Shown: one piece after another, positions 10,822-21,268 of the stretch
Numbering within the stretch: position 1 is the stretch's first letter
Layout of the letters: the number at the start of each line of letters is the position of its first letter
NCBI GenBank assembly: GCA_019117285.1
Contig: DXAA01000013.1
Location: 2,373 to 66,372 of the forward strand
Reading direction: 5' to 3'
DNA from: Candidatus Limosilactobacillus intestinigallinarum
GTDB taxonomy: Bacteria > Bacillota > Bacilli > Lactobacillales > Lactobacillaceae
Length of the DNA: 64,000 bases
The notes under the pieces: model-generated
What the model was told of the DNA's origin: nothing
What the model saw: only the letters and a program-made list of their open reading frames with translations
Databases searched by the model: none
Position numbers and translations under genes: made by a program

Positions 10822-11358
10822 TTGTTAGAAAAATTTAAACCAACCTGGATGGTTAAAAATATCTACCAGGTCTCACCACAGGAGCTCCAAGCTCAGGGAA
10901 TTCGGGCCGTGTTCTCCGACCTGGATAATACCCTGATCGCCTGGAATAACCCGGCCGGGACGCCTGAGCTCCGTCGCTGGATGGACGAACTCCATGCGGC
11001 CGGCATCCCCCTGATTGTAATTTCCAACAACAGCAAGCAGCGGGTGGCCAAGGCGACGGCCCACCTGAAGCTGCCCTTCATCTCCCGGGCACTGAAGCCG
11101 CTAAGCTTTGGGATTACCAAGGCCCGCCGCCACCTGGGTTTGAAGAAGCATGAGGTGGTGATGGTCGGTGATCAACTGATGACCGACGTGATTGCCGCCA
11201 ACCGGGCCGGGGTCTACAGCATCTTGGTCCAGCCGCTGCTCAGCACGGACAAGTGGGTTACCTGGCCCAACCGCTTCATGGGTGACCTGGTTGAAAAACG
11301 GTTGAAGAAGAAGTATCCAGACATGAAATGGCAGGAGGGATTAAGCAAAGATGAGTGA
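10822..11358 (+). CDS. yqeG: YqeG family HAD IIIA phosphatase
   Basis: DLDNTL, ISNN, MVGDQLMTDV; first gene of the yqeG-yqeH cluster. Confidence 0.93.
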   Translation: MLEKFKPTWMVKNIYQVSPQELQAQGIRAVFSDLDNTLIAWNNPAGTPELRRWMDELHAAGIPLIVISNNSKQRVAKATAHLKLPFISRALKPLSFGITKARRHLGLKKHEVVMVGDQLMTDVIAANRAGVYSILVQPLLSTDKWVTWPNRFMGDLVEKRLKKKYPDMKWQEGLSKDE

Positions 11359-12469
11359 ACAAGACGATCAATTACGGTGTATCGGTTGTGGGGCCGTTAT
11401 CCAATCCACGGACCCGGCCGCTCCGGGTTACACGCCTAAGTCGGCAATTGAGAAGGGATTGGCGACCGACGAGTTGTACTGCCAACGCTGCTTCCGCCTG
11501 CGTCACTACAACGAGATCGCCCCGGTTTCCCTATCGGACGATGATTTCCTGAAACTGTTGAGTCAGATTGGTCAGGCCAAGGCCCTGATTGTCTACGTGG
11601 TCGATATCTTTGACTTCAACGGCAGCCTGATTCCGGGCCTCCATCGCTTCGTTGGTGACAACCCGATCCTGCTGGTCGGTAACAAGGAGGACCTCCTTCC
11701 GCACTCACTACGCCGGCCCAAACTGCGGGATTGGATCCGTCAGCAGGCTAATATCGCCGGGCTGCGGCCGATTGACACGGTCCTGGTCTCGGCCAAGAAG
11801 AACCACCAGATCGATCACCTCTTGGATACGATCGAGCACTATCGTGGCGACCGCGATGTCTACGTGGTTGGGGTCACCAATGTTGGTAAGTCAACCCTGA
11901 TCAACCAGATCATTAAGCTGCGGACCGGGGTCCAGGATCTGATCACGACCTCCCGCTTTCCGGGGACGACCCTGGACGAGATCGAAATTCCGCTGGACGA
12001 TGGTCACCGCCTGGTTGATACACCGGGAATCATTCATCCCCACCAGATGGCCCACGTCCTGTCGCCCAAAGCCCTGAAGCTGGTTGCCCCCCAGAAGGAG
12101 ATCAAGCCGCGGACCTACCAGTTGAATCCGGAGCAGACCCTCTTCTTAGGGGGAATTGCCCGCTTCGACTACCTGAAGGGGGACCGGGCTGGGTTGGTAG
12201 CCTACTTTGACAACAACCTGACGATTCACCGGACCAAGCTGGCCAATGCAGACCACTTCTACGAAAAACACGTCGGTGAACTTCTGACGCCGCCAAGTGC
12301 CGATGACCGGGCAGACTTCCCGCCACTGGAGCGGGAGGAGTTCCGGGTCCACGAGAAGAGTGACATTGTCTTTGAGGGGCTGGGCTGGATTACCGTCCCT
12401 GCCGGTACCACGGTTGCTGCCTGGGTACCAAAAGGCGTGGCGGCCCTGATTCGTCGTGCGATGATTTAA
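11351..12469 (+). CDS. yqeH: Ribosome biogenesis GTPase YqeH
   Basis: CIGCG/CQRC zinc finger; circularly permuted G motifs NKED, GVTNVGKS, PGTT, DTPG. Confidence 0.97.
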   Translation: MSEQDDQLRCIGCGAVIQSTDPAAPGYTPKSAIEKGLATDELYCQRCFRLRHYNEIAPVSLSDDDFLKLLSQIGQAKALIVYVVDIFDFNGSLIPGLHRFVGDNPILLVGNKEDLLPHSLRRPKLRDWIRQQANIAGLRPIDTVLVSAKKNHQIDHLLDTIEHYRGDRDVYVVGVTNVGKSTLINQIIKLRTGVQDLITTSRFPGTTLDEIEIPLDDGHRLVDTPGIIHPHQMAHVLSPKALKLVAPQKEIKPRTYQLNPEQTLFLGGIARFDYLKGDRAGLVAYFDNNLTIHRTKLANADHFYEKHVGELLTPPSADDRADFPPLEREEFRVHEKSDIVFEGLGWITVPAGTTVAAWVPKGVAALIRRAMI

Positions 12470-12486
12470 TTAAGAGAGGTTTAACA

Positions 12487-12798
12487 ATGCAATTACGAGG
12501 AAAACAAAAACGTTTCTTACGGGCCCAGGCCAACCACCTGCAGCCGATCTTTGCAGTGGGCAAGGAAGGGTTGACCGACCAATGGTTGGCCCAGCTGGAT
12601 GGCGCCCTGGACCGGCGCGAGCTGATCAAGGTTAATATCCTGCAGAATGCGGATGTGACCACGGCTGAACTGAAGGATTTCATTGAGCAAAATACCGATA
12701 TTCAGGTGGTTCAGTCGATCGGTCGGGTATTGGTCCTGTTCAAGGTTTCGGCCAACAAGGACCTGCGTGAGCTGTCCGACCGGGTTGCCCGGATCTAG
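12487..12798 (+). CDS. yhbY: YhbY/CRM-domain RNA-binding protein
   Basis: LRGKQKRFLR...GKEG...RELIKV...QSIGRVLVL. Confidence 0.93.
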   Translation: MQLRGKQKRFLRAQANHLQPIFAVGKEGLTDQWLAQLDGALDRRELIKVNILQNADVTTAELKDFIEQNTDIQVVQSIGRVLVLFKVSANKDLRELSDRVARI

Positions 12799-12810
12799 GA
12801 GAGGGTAACT

Positions 12811-13455
12811 ATGCAGCGCTGTCGAGTATTTGCCAGCCCACAGACCCGGGTCCAGCCGGAGACCGTCACGACCAGTCGCCGGCACCGGGTTGGGATCTAC
12901 GGCGGAACCTTCAACCCAATCCACAATGCCCATCTCCTGGTGGCCGACCAGGTGGGGCACTCACTTTCATTGGATCAGGTCCGGTTCATGCCGGACGCCA
13001 CGCCGCCCCATGTCGATCATAAAACGGCGATTGACGCCGAATTACGCCTGGCGATGATTAAGCTGGCGATCCAGGGTAATCCCCTGTTTGGGATCGAGGA
13101 GAGCGAGCTGCGCCGGGGTGGGGTCAGCTACACCTATGACACGATGAAGAAGATGATCGAGCAGCATCCGACGACCGATTACTACTTCATCATCGGCGGT
13201 GACATGGTGGATTACCTGCCCAAGTGGCACCGGATTGATGACTTGGTCCGCCTGCCGCGGTTTCACTTTGTCGGTGTTCGCCGGCCGGGGGCCAAGAACG
13301 AGTCGGCCTACCCGGTGATCTGGGTGGACGTGCCCCTGGTCAGTTTCAGTTCAACGGATATCCGGCGCCGGATCGCCCAGGGACTGCCGATTAGGTACAT
13401 GGTCCCGGACGCGGTGGCCGCCTTTATAAAGGAGCATCACTTGTATTATGAATGA
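12811..13455 (+). CDS. nadD: Nicotinate-nucleotide adenylyltransferase
   Basis: GGTFNPIHNAH, FIIGGD, SSTDIR. Confidence 0.95.
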   Translation: MQRCRVFASPQTRVQPETVTTSRRHRVGIYGGTFNPIHNAHLLVADQVGHSLSLDQVRFMPDATPPHVDHKTAIDAELRLAMIKLAIQGNPLFGIEESELRRGGVSYTYDTMKKMIEQHPTTDYYFIIGGDMVDYLPKWHRIDDLVRLPRFHFVGVRRPGAKNESAYPVIWVDVPLVSFSSTDIRRRIAQGLPIRYMVPDAVAAFIKEHHLYYE

Positions 13456-14065
13456 GGAAACAATTGAGTATACGCATCACTATGTTCCAATGACCCGGGA
13501 CCAGCTGGTGGAGCGTCTGCAGGCGGCGCTGAAGCCCAAACGCTTCCACCATGTCCTGCGGGTTGAGCAGACGGCAATCACCCTGGCTAAGCAAAACGGG
13601 GTCGACGTCGAGAAGGCCAGCATTGCCGGGCTCTGTCATGACTATGCCAAGCAGCGGCCTGACCAGGACTTCATCGACGAGATCCATGCCAAGGGTTTGG
13701 ATAGCGACCTGCTGAACTATGGTAACGCCATCTGGCACGGCATCGTGGGTGCGGAACTGATCAAGGACGAGCTGGGGATCTGGGATGAGGACATCCTAAA
13801 CGCGGTTCGTCACCACACCACCGGTGCCGCCAAGATGACCAAGCTGGAACAGGTGGTCTACATGGCCGACTACATCGAGCCAGCCCGTGACTTTGAGGGA
13901 GTTGAAACGGCCCGCCAGATTACGGCCGCCGACCTCGGGGCTGGGGTGGCCTATCAGACCAAGCACACCCTGGAGTATTTGATTGAAAACAACAAACCGG
14001 TCTATCCGAAGACGATTGAGACCTACAACGCCTGGGTACCGGCTTATGAAGGGAAGATTAACTAG
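13448..14065 (+). CDS. yqeK: YqeK HD-domain Ap4A hydrolase
   Basis: RFHH, HDYAK, HHTTG, ADYIEPAR; follows nadD. Confidence 0.92.
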   Translation: MNEETIEYTHHYVPMTRDQLVERLQAALKPKRFHHVLRVEQTAITLAKQNGVDVEKASIAGLCHDYAKQRPDQDFIDEIHAKGLDSDLLNYGNAIWHGIVGAELIKDELGIWDEDILNAVRHHTTGAAKMTKLEQVVYMADYIEPARDFEGVETARQITAADLGAGVAYQTKHTLEYLIENNKPVYPKTIETYNAWVPAYEGKIN

Positions 14066-14422
14066 ATGGAAAGCAAACAATTATTAGAGATGGTTGTCAA
14101 AGCCGCCGATGGTCGGCGGGCTGAGGACATCGTGGCATTAAAGGTTGACGAGATCAGCCCGATGGCGGACTACTTCGTCATTATGACCGGGGGTTCCGAT
14201 CGGCAGGTTCAGGCGATTGCCAACGCGATTATCGAGAAGGCCCACGAGAACCAGGTCAACATCGGTAGTGTCGAGGGGAAGAACCATGCTAAGTGGGTGC
14301 TGATCGACCTCGGTGACGTGGTCGTCCACGTCTTCCGGGAGGAGACCCGGAGCTTCTACAACCTGGAGAAGCTCTGGTCCGATGCCCCGTTGGTCAATGT
14401 CGACGAATGGGTTAATGACTGA
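14066..14422 (+). CDS. rsfS: Ribosome silencing factor
   Basis: ADYFVI, RQVQAIA, WVLIDLGDVVVHVF, YNLEKLW. Confidence 0.96.
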   Translation: MESKQLLEMVVKAADGRRAEDIVALKVDEISPMADYFVIMTGGSDRQVQAIANAIIEKAHENQVNIGSVEGKNHAKWVLIDLGDVVVHVFREETRSFYNLEKLWSDAPLVNVDEWVND

Positions 14423-15162
14423 TGATCTACCACACCTTTGCCCAGCTCTACGACCAGCTCTTCGATGATGAGCTGTACCGGAAGTGGGCGGCCTATACCC
14501 AGGCCAACGGTGGCTCGTCCGCCCAGCAGGTGCTCGACCTAGCGGGGGGTGCCGGGCGGTTGGCGGTCCTGCTGGCCCAATGGGGGCAGGCGGTGACGGT
14601 GGCCGACTTCTCGGCGGACATGCTCAGTCTGGCCAGCCAGCACGCCGCCGCGGCCGGGGTCGAGTTAACCCTGGTGGAGGCCGACATGCGCGACTTGACT
14701 GCCCTGCCGCAGTATGACCTAGTGACCTGCTTTGCCGACTCACTCTGTTACCTGGCAGACATTGAAGATGCTGAAACGACCTTCCAGCAGGTGGCAGCCC
14801 ACCTTCGCACGGGCGGCCGCTTTCTTTTTGATATGATCACCCCCTATCAGACTGATGTCGTCTATCCGGGCTACATGTATAACTACGAGGATGACGACCA
14901 CCAGCGGGCCTTCCTCTGGCAAAGCTACGGCGACGATGACGTGCCTCATGGGGTGATCCACGAGCTGGCCTTCTTCAACCGCCTAGCGGATGGGCACTAT
15001 GAGCGGATCGGGGAAACCCACTTCGAACGTAGCTACCCGCTGGCGACCATCACAGCGGCCCTTAAGCGCAGCGGCTTCACCGACATTGCGGTAACGGCTG
15101 ACTTCGGGAGGGCGGCCCCTGATGAGCAGACGACCCGCTGGTTCTTTTCTTGTCAAAGGTAG
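14422..15162 (+). CDS. Class I SAM-dependent methyltransferase (YqeM-like)
   Basis: FAQLYD, VLDLAGGAG, ADMRDL, DSLCYL, GGRFLFD. Confidence 0.88.
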   Translation: MIYHTFAQLYDQLFDDELYRKWAAYTQANGGSSAQQVLDLAGGAGRLAVLLAQWGQAVTVADFSADMLSLASQHAAAAGVELTLVEADMRDLTALPQYDLVTCFADSLCYLADIEDAETTFQQVAAHLRTGGRFLFDMITPYQTDVVYPGYMYNYEDDDHQRAFLWQSYGDDDVPHGVIHELAFFNRLADGHYERIGETHFERSYPLATITAALKRSGFTDIAVTADFGRAAPDEQTTRWFFSCQR

Positions 15163-15172
15163 GTGGATTTTG

Positions 15173-16306
15173 ATGCAGGCAGTTGGCATGGTTGTCGAGT
15201 ACAACCCCTTTCATAACGGTCACCGTTACTTCCTCCGTCAGGCACGGCAGCTGACCGACGCTGACGTGACGGTGGCGGTGATGAGCGGGAACTTCACCCA
15301 GCGAGGTGAGCCGACAATTGTTGATAAGTGGACCCGGGCGCGGGCTGCCCTGGAAAGCGGGGTCGACCTGGTGGTGGAGCTGCCGATCTTCTATGCCGCC
15401 CAGCCGGCCCACCGCTTTGCGGCCGGGGCCCTGGCAATCCTGAACGCCCTCCAGGTGCACCAGGTGGCTTTTGGAGCCGAACACCCTGACTGGGACTTCC
15501 CGGCCCTGGTGGCGGCCGAGCGGCGGTTCAACCAGGCCGAGTTTGACCAGTACAATGTCACCTACGCCACCCAGTTCAATCAGCAGCTGCGGGCGCAGAC
15601 CGGCCGGGAGCTGCGTGATCCCAACGATATCCTGGCCTTCGCCTATACCAAGGCGGTCCTGACCCGGCACTACCCGATCCAGCTGACCGCGGTGCAGCGG
15701 CGGGGCAGTGATTACCACGACCGGGAGATCCATGGCCAGATCGCCAGCGCCAGTGCGATCCGTCAGGCGGTGGCGACCGGTACAGATTTCATCGCCACAG
15801 TGCCCACAGCAATGCGGGCGGCCCTGGCGCAGGTCGACCGGGTTCCCGACTGGGCGGATCTCTACCCAATTCTGCGTAACCAGCTAATTCAGGCGCCCCT
15901 GAATTATCTGGCGACGACCTACCAGATGGCCGAGGGCCTTGAGCACCGGATGAAGGAGGTGGCCCAGCGGTCGCTGACCTTCGACGCCTTCATCCACGGG
16001 GTGAAGACCAAACGTTATACCTACGCCCACCTGCTACGGATGTGCCTGTATACCACCCTGCAGTTGAGCGAGGACGAGGTGGTCGCCCGGACTGACCAGC
16101 CCTACATTCACATCCTGGGCTTCACCAGACGGGGGCAGGAATACCTCCACCAGGTTAAGAAGGCGGTCCCGGTGCCACTCTTCACTAAGGTCAGTCAGGG
16201 AATGCGGGATGGCTTCTACAACCTTGACTACCGGGCGGGGAAGCTCTACCAGAACTTCACCCCGGTTGAGCAGGACCTCAAACACCCGCCCATCATGATT
16301 CGTTAG
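15173..16306 (+). CDS. tmcAL: tRNA(Met) cytidine acetate ligase TmcAL (YlbM-like nucleotidyltransferase)
   Basis: EYNPFHNGH, MSGNFTQRGEP, PNDILA, ASASAIR, KTKRYT. Start moved to the ATG at 15173 after an AGGTGG SD. Confidence 0.88.
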   Translation: MQAVGMVVEYNPFHNGHRYFLRQARQLTDADVTVAVMSGNFTQRGEPTIVDKWTRARAALESGVDLVVELPIFYAAQPAHRFAAGALAILNALQVHQVAFGAEHPDWDFPALVAAERRFNQAEFDQYNVTYATQFNQQLRAQTGRELRDPNDILAFAYTKAVLTRHYPIQLTAVQRRGSDYHDREIHGQIASASAIRQAVATGTDFIATVPTAMRAALAQVDRVPDWADLYPILRNQLIQAPLNYLATTYQMAEGLEHRMKEVAQRSLTFDAFIHGVKTKRYTYAHLLRMCLYTTLQLSEDEVVARTDQPYIHILGFTRRGQEYLHQVKKAVPVPLFTKVSQGMRDGFYNLDYRAGKLYQNFTPVEQDLKHPPIMIR

Positions 16307-16334
16307 GGCTTGAGGGACTGTCAAGGAAAAAACA

Positions 16335-16363
16335 TTGACAAGTATTTGTGGGCCTAGTATAAT
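16335..16363 (+). promoter_or_regulatory. Consensus sigma-A promoter of yceD-rpmF
   Basis: Perfect TTGACA-17 bp-TATAAT. Confidence 0.88.
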
Positions 16364-16392
16364 TGCATACGTTGCATTAGGAGGTTAGTACG

Positions 16393-16947
16393 ATGAAATG
16401 GTCGTTAGCTGAGTTACATCGTTACCAAAATGAACCACTTCATATTCAAAGTACTTTTGATCTGAACGCATCATTGACTAAACTGTTCCCGGACATCATC
16501 TTGGCCGTTGCACCGGTCAAGGTTGACGGGTACGTATCCTATGACGACGGGGATGCCACCATCAGCGCACACGTCACGACGACGTTGACGGTGCCCTCCA
16601 GTCGTTCATTGACGCCCGTTCAGTTACCACTTGACTTTGACTTTACGGAGACGTATATTGATGATCGTTCCCACTTCTCCCGATACGAGGATGACGAGGT
16701 TGTCTTCTTGTTGAAGCGGGGTGAGACGATCGACTTCGATACTGCGTTAGCCGAGAACATCGTCGAGCAGGTACCGTTACGAGTGCTTTCTGCTGATGAA
16801 AAGGCCGGTAAACCCATGCCAAATGGCAAGGGCTGGAACGTCATCTCTGAGGATGACTACGCCGCCAGCAAGCAGAAAGATAAGAAAGTTGATCCACGTT
16901 TCGCGAAACTCCAAAAATTATTTCCTGATCAGGATGATAAAAAGTAG
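16393..16947 (+). CDS. YceD/DUF177 family protein
   Basis: PSSRSL, GKGW, DPRFAKL; conserved position upstream of rpmF. Confidence 0.88.
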   Translation: MKWSLAELHRYQNEPLHIQSTFDLNASLTKLFPDIILAVAPVKVDGYVSYDDGDATISAHVTTTLTVPSSRSLTPVQLPLDFDFTETYIDDRSHFSRYEDDEVVFLLKRGETIDFDTALAENIVEQVPLRVLSADEKAGKPMPNGKGWNVISEDDYAASKQKDKKVDPRFAKLQKLFPDQDDKK

Positions 16948-16999
16948 CGGACGGTTAAAAACCATTTGTGGATAATATTAATCCTAGGAGGTGTCAAAC

Positions 17000-17179
17000 A
17001 TGGCTGTTCCAGCACGGAAGACTTCAAAGACCAAGAAGCGTATGCGTCGGGGTCACATCAAGTTGAATGTCCCTGGTTTAACTCCTTGCCCAAACTGTGG
17101 TGAACTTCGTAAGTCCCACATGGTATGCCCTAACTGCGGCTACTACAACGGCAAGCAAGTTGTTAACACTAACAACTAA
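17000..17179 (+). CDS. rpmF: 50S ribosomal protein L32 (Zn-binding type)
   Basis: [10 protein letters not shown]...CPNCGE...CPNCGYY; AGGAGG SD before the ATG at 17000. Confidence 0.98.
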   Translation: MAVPARKTSKTKKRMRRGHIKLNVPGLTPCPNCGELRKSHMVCPNCGYYNGKQVVNTNN

Positions 17180-17384
17180 TTTTTAATGAGAAAGATCACT
17201 CTTTAGGCGCCGGACCTGGGGTGATTTTTTCATTTTAAATGATAATACGGCGTTTTCTTTCGTCAGGCGCAGACTTTTCCTAATTTGATAACCAGAACGC
17301 TGGGGTTTATTAGAAAACTGTGATAAAATTATTTTGTTTTATTAATACGGTCGTTATTAAATTGATTGTTAGTAGGTGAAATTA

Positions 17385-18071
17385 ATGAGTCGAATCTTGA
17401 TTATTGAAGACGAAGAGAATTTGGCAAAGTTTGTGGACATGGAACTCAAACACGAGGGTTATGAAACCGACGTGGAGCTCGACGGCCGAGCTGGGCTGGA
17501 AGCGGCCCTCAACCAGGACTTTGACGTGATCCTCCTCGACCTGATGCTTCCCGAGCTGAACGGGATCGAAGTGGCACGCCGGGTCCGGGAATTGAAGGAT
17601 ACGCCGATCATCATCATGACCGCCCGGGACTCCGTGATTGACCGGGTTTCTGGCCTTGACCACGGGGCTGACGACTACATTGTCAAGCCGTTTGCCATCG
17701 AAGAACTGCTGGCCCGAGTCCGGGCGCTGCTGCGGCGGATCAGCATTGAGGATGGCAACAACAAGGAACACCAGACCACCGTCAACTACAAGGACCTGAC
17801 GATTGAGAAGGAAAACCGGGTTGTCCGGCGTGGCGACGAGGTGATTAACCTGACCAAGCGGGAGTATGAACTCCTTTTAATCCTGATGGAAAACATCAAC
17901 GTGGTCATGTCACGGAAGGAACTGCTCTCCAAGGTTTGGGGCTATGATTCCAAGGTCGAGACCAACGTGGTCGACGTCTACATCCGTTACCTGCGGAATA
18001 AGATCGATCGGCCAGGGGAGAAGAGCTACATCCAGACCGTCCGGGGTACTGGATACGTAATTCGTTCGTAA
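17385..18071 (+). CDS. OmpR-family response regulator (ArlR/CsrR-like)
   Basis: IEDE, LLDLMLP, GADDYIVKPF, NVVDVYIRYLR, TVRGTGY. Confidence 0.93.
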   Translation: MSRILIIEDEENLAKFVDMELKHEGYETDVELDGRAGLEAALNQDFDVILLDLMLPELNGIEVARRVRELKDTPIIIMTARDSVIDRVSGLDHGADDYIVKPFAIEELLARVRALLRRISIEDGNNKEHQTTVNYKDLTIEKENRVVRRGDEVINLTKREYELLLILMENINVVMSRKELLSKVWGYDSKVETNVVDVYIRYLRNKIDRPGEKSYIQTVRGTGYVIRS

Positions 18072-18086
18072 GGTTCGTGGTAAATT

Positions 18087-19553
18087 ATGGAGGAAAAAAC
18101 TAGCAACCGCCGTTTTATTTCCTTAAAGCTTAAGTGGGCCTTCGGGACGGCCGTGGGTTCTTTGATTATCTTCTTCATCGTCGCCATGGCGATGTTTAGC
18201 TCCTTTACCCAGAGCCTATTCAGACAGGAACGCTCCCTGCTCAACCAGGGGATGACCAACATCAGCCGGCAGCTGGGTCGGGTCAACCAGCCCCTGACGA
18301 AGAAGAACATCAACAACGTGATCGATCCTGACGGCGGCCGCGCGGTATCCGGAAGCGAGTACCAGCGGCCAATCGTCCAGGAGCTCAGCGATGGTCATCT
18401 GATTGTCAATATTTATGACCGTCAGAAGCGCCCGATCCTGAGTACCGGAAAGAGCATCGCCCAACCAACCTTTACTGCTAAGCGTCAGGTCCGGATGGCC
18501 AAGGGGACTGCTCACCAGGTGATCATCGGTCAGGAACCGATCTATGCCCAGCGCGGGCACCGGCTGATTGGTTACCTCCAGGTGGAAAACAAGCTGAACG
18601 CCTACTACCGGAACTATAACCAGCTGCGGTTGGTCGTGATCCTGGCGATGTGCCTGGTCATCCTGGCCAGCGGGCTGCTCGGCTACTTCCTGTCACTGCT
18701 CCTTCTGCGGCCGCTCGGTGAGATCCATGATACCGTTAAGATTATCAGTAAGGACCCGACCAAGAACGTCCGGGTTCCCGTGCCTAGCCACAACGATGAG
18801 CTGGCCGAGCTGACCACGATGTTCAACGAGATGCTGGACCGGATGCAGCGCTACATCGACCAACAGTCACAGTTCGTCAGTGACGTCAGCCACGAGTTGC
18901 GGACACCGATCGCCATCATCCAGGGGCACTTGGACATGTTGGACCGCTGGGGGAAGGATGACCCCGAAGTCCTCAACGACTCGATCAAGGCCTCATTGAT
19001 TGAGACCAAGCGGATGAAGAATCTGGTCCAGGAGATGCTGGATCTCAGCCGGGCCGAGCAGGTGGAGATCAACTTCCGCCACGAGAAGACGGTGGTCAAC
19101 GACGTGGTTCACCAGGTCTTCAACAACTTCAAGATGCTCTATCCGGACTTCAGCTTCACCCTTGATGATGACCTGAACGAACCGATCACGGCCAACATCT
19201 ACCGGGACCACCTCGAGCAGGTCCTGGTAATCCTCTGTGATAACGCCATCAAGTATTCGACGGAACGCAAGGAGGTCCACATCTCCCTGTCCCGGGGGAT
19301 GAACACGGTGGAGATCGGGATCCAGGACTTCGGTGAGGGGATCCCGGCCGAAGACGTCGACAAGGTCTTTGACCGCTTCTACCGGGTGGACAAGGCCCGC
19401 AGCCGGAAGAAGGGCGGCAACGGTCTCGGCCTGTCGATTGCCAAGCGTCTGATCGAGGGCTACCACGGGTCGATCACCCTGGAGAGCTCCCTGGGGGCCG
19501 GCTCCCTCTTTCGGATTATCCTGCCGATCGTGGAGGACCCGGAAGCGCTTTAG
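18087..19553 (+). CDS. Sensor histidine kinase (ArlS-like)
   Basis: Two TM segments, HAMP, SHELRTP H-box, DNAIKY, DFGEGI, FYRVDKAR, GNGLGL. Confidence 0.93.
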   Translation: MEEKTSNRRFISLKLKWAFGTAVGSLIIFFIVAMAMFSSFTQSLFRQERSLLNQGMTNISRQLGRVNQPLTKKNINNVIDPDGGRAVSGSEYQRPIVQELSDGHLIVNIYDRQKRPILSTGKSIAQPTFTAKRQVRMAKGTAHQVIIGQEPIYAQRGHRLIGYLQVENKLNAYYRNYNQLRLVVILAMCLVILASGLLGYFLSLLLLRPLGEIHDTVKIISKDPTKNVRVPVPSHNDELAELTTMFNEMLDRMQRYIDQQSQFVSDVSHELRTPIAIIQGHLDMLDRWGKDDPEVLNDSIKASLIETKRMKNLVQEMLDLSRAEQVEINFRHEKTVVNDVVHQVFNNFKMLYPDFSFTLDDDLNEPITANIYRDHLEQVLVILCDNAIKYSTERKEVHISLSRGMNTVEIGIQDFGEGIPAEDVDKVFDRFYRVDKARSRKKGGNGLGLSIAKRLIEGYHGSITLESSLGAGSLFRIILPIVEDPEAL

Positions 19554-19567
19554 TATTATGAGAATTT

Positions 19568-19606
19568 AAAAAGAGTCGCGATGCTTGTATCATCGCGGCT
19601 CTTTTT
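19568..19606 (+). terminator. Intrinsic terminator after the histidine kinase
   Basis: AAAAAGAGTCGCGATG...CATCGCGGCTCTTTTT. Confidence 0.8.
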
Positions 19607-19728
19607 GCTTAATAGACATTCTGTATTAAAAGCTTCTCATGGTCGTTCTTTAATGAACACGGATCGCCTATAATAGAAGTGAGCTACTTAAAATAATAAA
19701 GTATCTTACTTGGGGGAGTTGAATTATA

Positions 19729-21225
19729 GTGGCTGATAAACAGAAAAAATTAATCACCACCCCGACATTGGTGTTGATGATTATTTCGACAATCTATGGT
19801 TTTGGGAATGTCTCCATCGCCTACGCCCAGATGGCCTACGCGGGGATGTTCTGGTATATCCTGGCTGGGGTATGCTTTTTCTTCCCGTGCTGCCTGATGA
19901 TGGCGGAGTACGGGTCGGCGTTCAAGGACGCCAAAGGGGGCATCTACTCCTGGTTGGCCGGGTCGATCGGGGAGAAGCTGGCCTTCATCGGGACCTTCAT
20001 CTGGCTATCCAGTTGGATCCTCTGGCTGGTCTCGAGTGCCTCGCGGTTGTGGATCACCCTCTCGGCGCTGCTGTTTGGGCATGATACCACCCAACGCTGG
20101 CACTTCTGGATCTTCAATTCGACCGAACTGATCGGGATCCTGGCGATCCTATTCGTGCTCCTGGTCACCCTGCTGAGCTCGCAGGGGATGAACGGCATTA
20201 CCAAGATCAGTTCCTTCGGGGGCGCCTTCATGATCGCCATGAACGCAATCTTCATCCTGGCGAGCCTGGTGACGATCATTGCCAACAAGGGGGTGACCGC
20301 CCAGCCGATTCACGGGCTTGCCAGCTTCTTTGAGTCACCGAATCCGTCCTTTAAGACGCCGATTGCGGTGATCTCCTTCGTCGTCTATGCCATCTTCGCC
20401 TACAGCGGGATGGAGAACCTCGGTGGGGTCACCGACAGCATGAAGGACCCGGAGCACACCTTCCCACGGGGGCTGGTGATCGGGTCCCTGCTGACGATCG
20501 GTAGCTATGTCCTGATGATCCTGATGACCGGGTTTACGGTCAACTACAACCACGTCATTGCCCGGCCGAGTGTCAACCTGGGGAACGTTACCTACGTGGT
20601 CTTCGACCGGCTCGGTTATATGATGGGCGTTTCCTTGGGCTTTAGCCACGGCGTCAACCTCTTGCTGGGGGACATCTTCACCCGGATGATCGCCCTGGCC
20701 GGTCTGATGGGGATGCTTGGGGCCATGTTCCTGTTGGTCTACTCACCGATCAAGTCCTTCATCATGGGGGCCAACCCGAAGCTGTGGCCAGCCCGGGTCA
20801 CCAAGCTGAACAAGCATGGGATGCCGGCCTTCGCCATGTGGATGCAGGCGATCTTCGTCTGCTGCATTATTTTCCTGATCTCCTTTGGGGGTTCGGCAGC
20901 GGACGCCTTCTACCAGATCCTGACCGACATGGTGAACGTCTCAGCCTGTGCGCCGTATATCTTCCTGGTCGGGGCCTTCCCGATCTTCCAGAAGAAGAAT
21001 ATTCCGCATGACTTTGTGGTCTTCAAGAACCGCTTCTGGACCAACATCCTGGTCGGCTTCGTTGAGATCATCGTCTGCCTGGGGATCATCTTCACCTGCA
21101 TCCAGCCAATCCTGGATCACGACCCCCAGACGGCCTTCTGGACGGCATTTGGCCCGATCTTCTTCGGCATCGTCGCCTGGCTCTTCTACCGGCACGCGGT
21201 CAGGAAGAACCACCTCAACCTTTAG
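19729..21225 (+). CDS. APC-family amino acid permease (YjeM/glutamate-GABA transporter-like)
   Basis: About 12 TM; IYGFGN, MMAEYGSAFK, GGIYSW, FAYSGME, NKHGMPA. Confidence 0.85.
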   Translation: MADKQKKLITTPTLVLMIISTIYGFGNVSIAYAQMAYAGMFWYILAGVCFFFPCCLMMAEYGSAFKDAKGGIYSWLAGSIGEKLAFIGTFIWLSSWILWLVSSASRLWITLSALLFGHDTTQRWHFWIFNSTELIGILAILFVLLVTLLSSQGMNGITKISSFGGAFMIAMNAIFILASLVTIIANKGVTAQPIHGLASFFESPNPSFKTPIAVISFVVYAIFAYSGMENLGGVTDSMKDPEHTFPRGLVIGSLLTIGSYVLMILMTGFTVNYNHVIARPSVNLGNVTYVVFDRLGYMMGVSLGFSHGVNLLLGDIFTRMIALAGLMGMLGAMFLLVYSPIKSFIMGANPKLWPARVTKLNKHGMPAFAMWMQAIFVCCIIFLISFGGSAADAFYQILTDMVNVSACAPYIFLVGAFPIFQKKNIPHDFVVFKNRFWTNILVGFVEIIVCLGIIFTCIQPILDHDPQTAFWTAFGPIFFGIVAWLFYRHAVRKNHLNL

Positions 21226-21232
21226 CAATTAC

Positions 21233-21268
21233 AAAAAAATCGCGATCCTCAGCGGGACCGCGATTTTT
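21233..21268. terminator. Bidirectional terminator between the permease and MATE genes
   Basis: AAAAAAATCGCG...CGCGATTTTT between convergent stops. Confidence 0.75.
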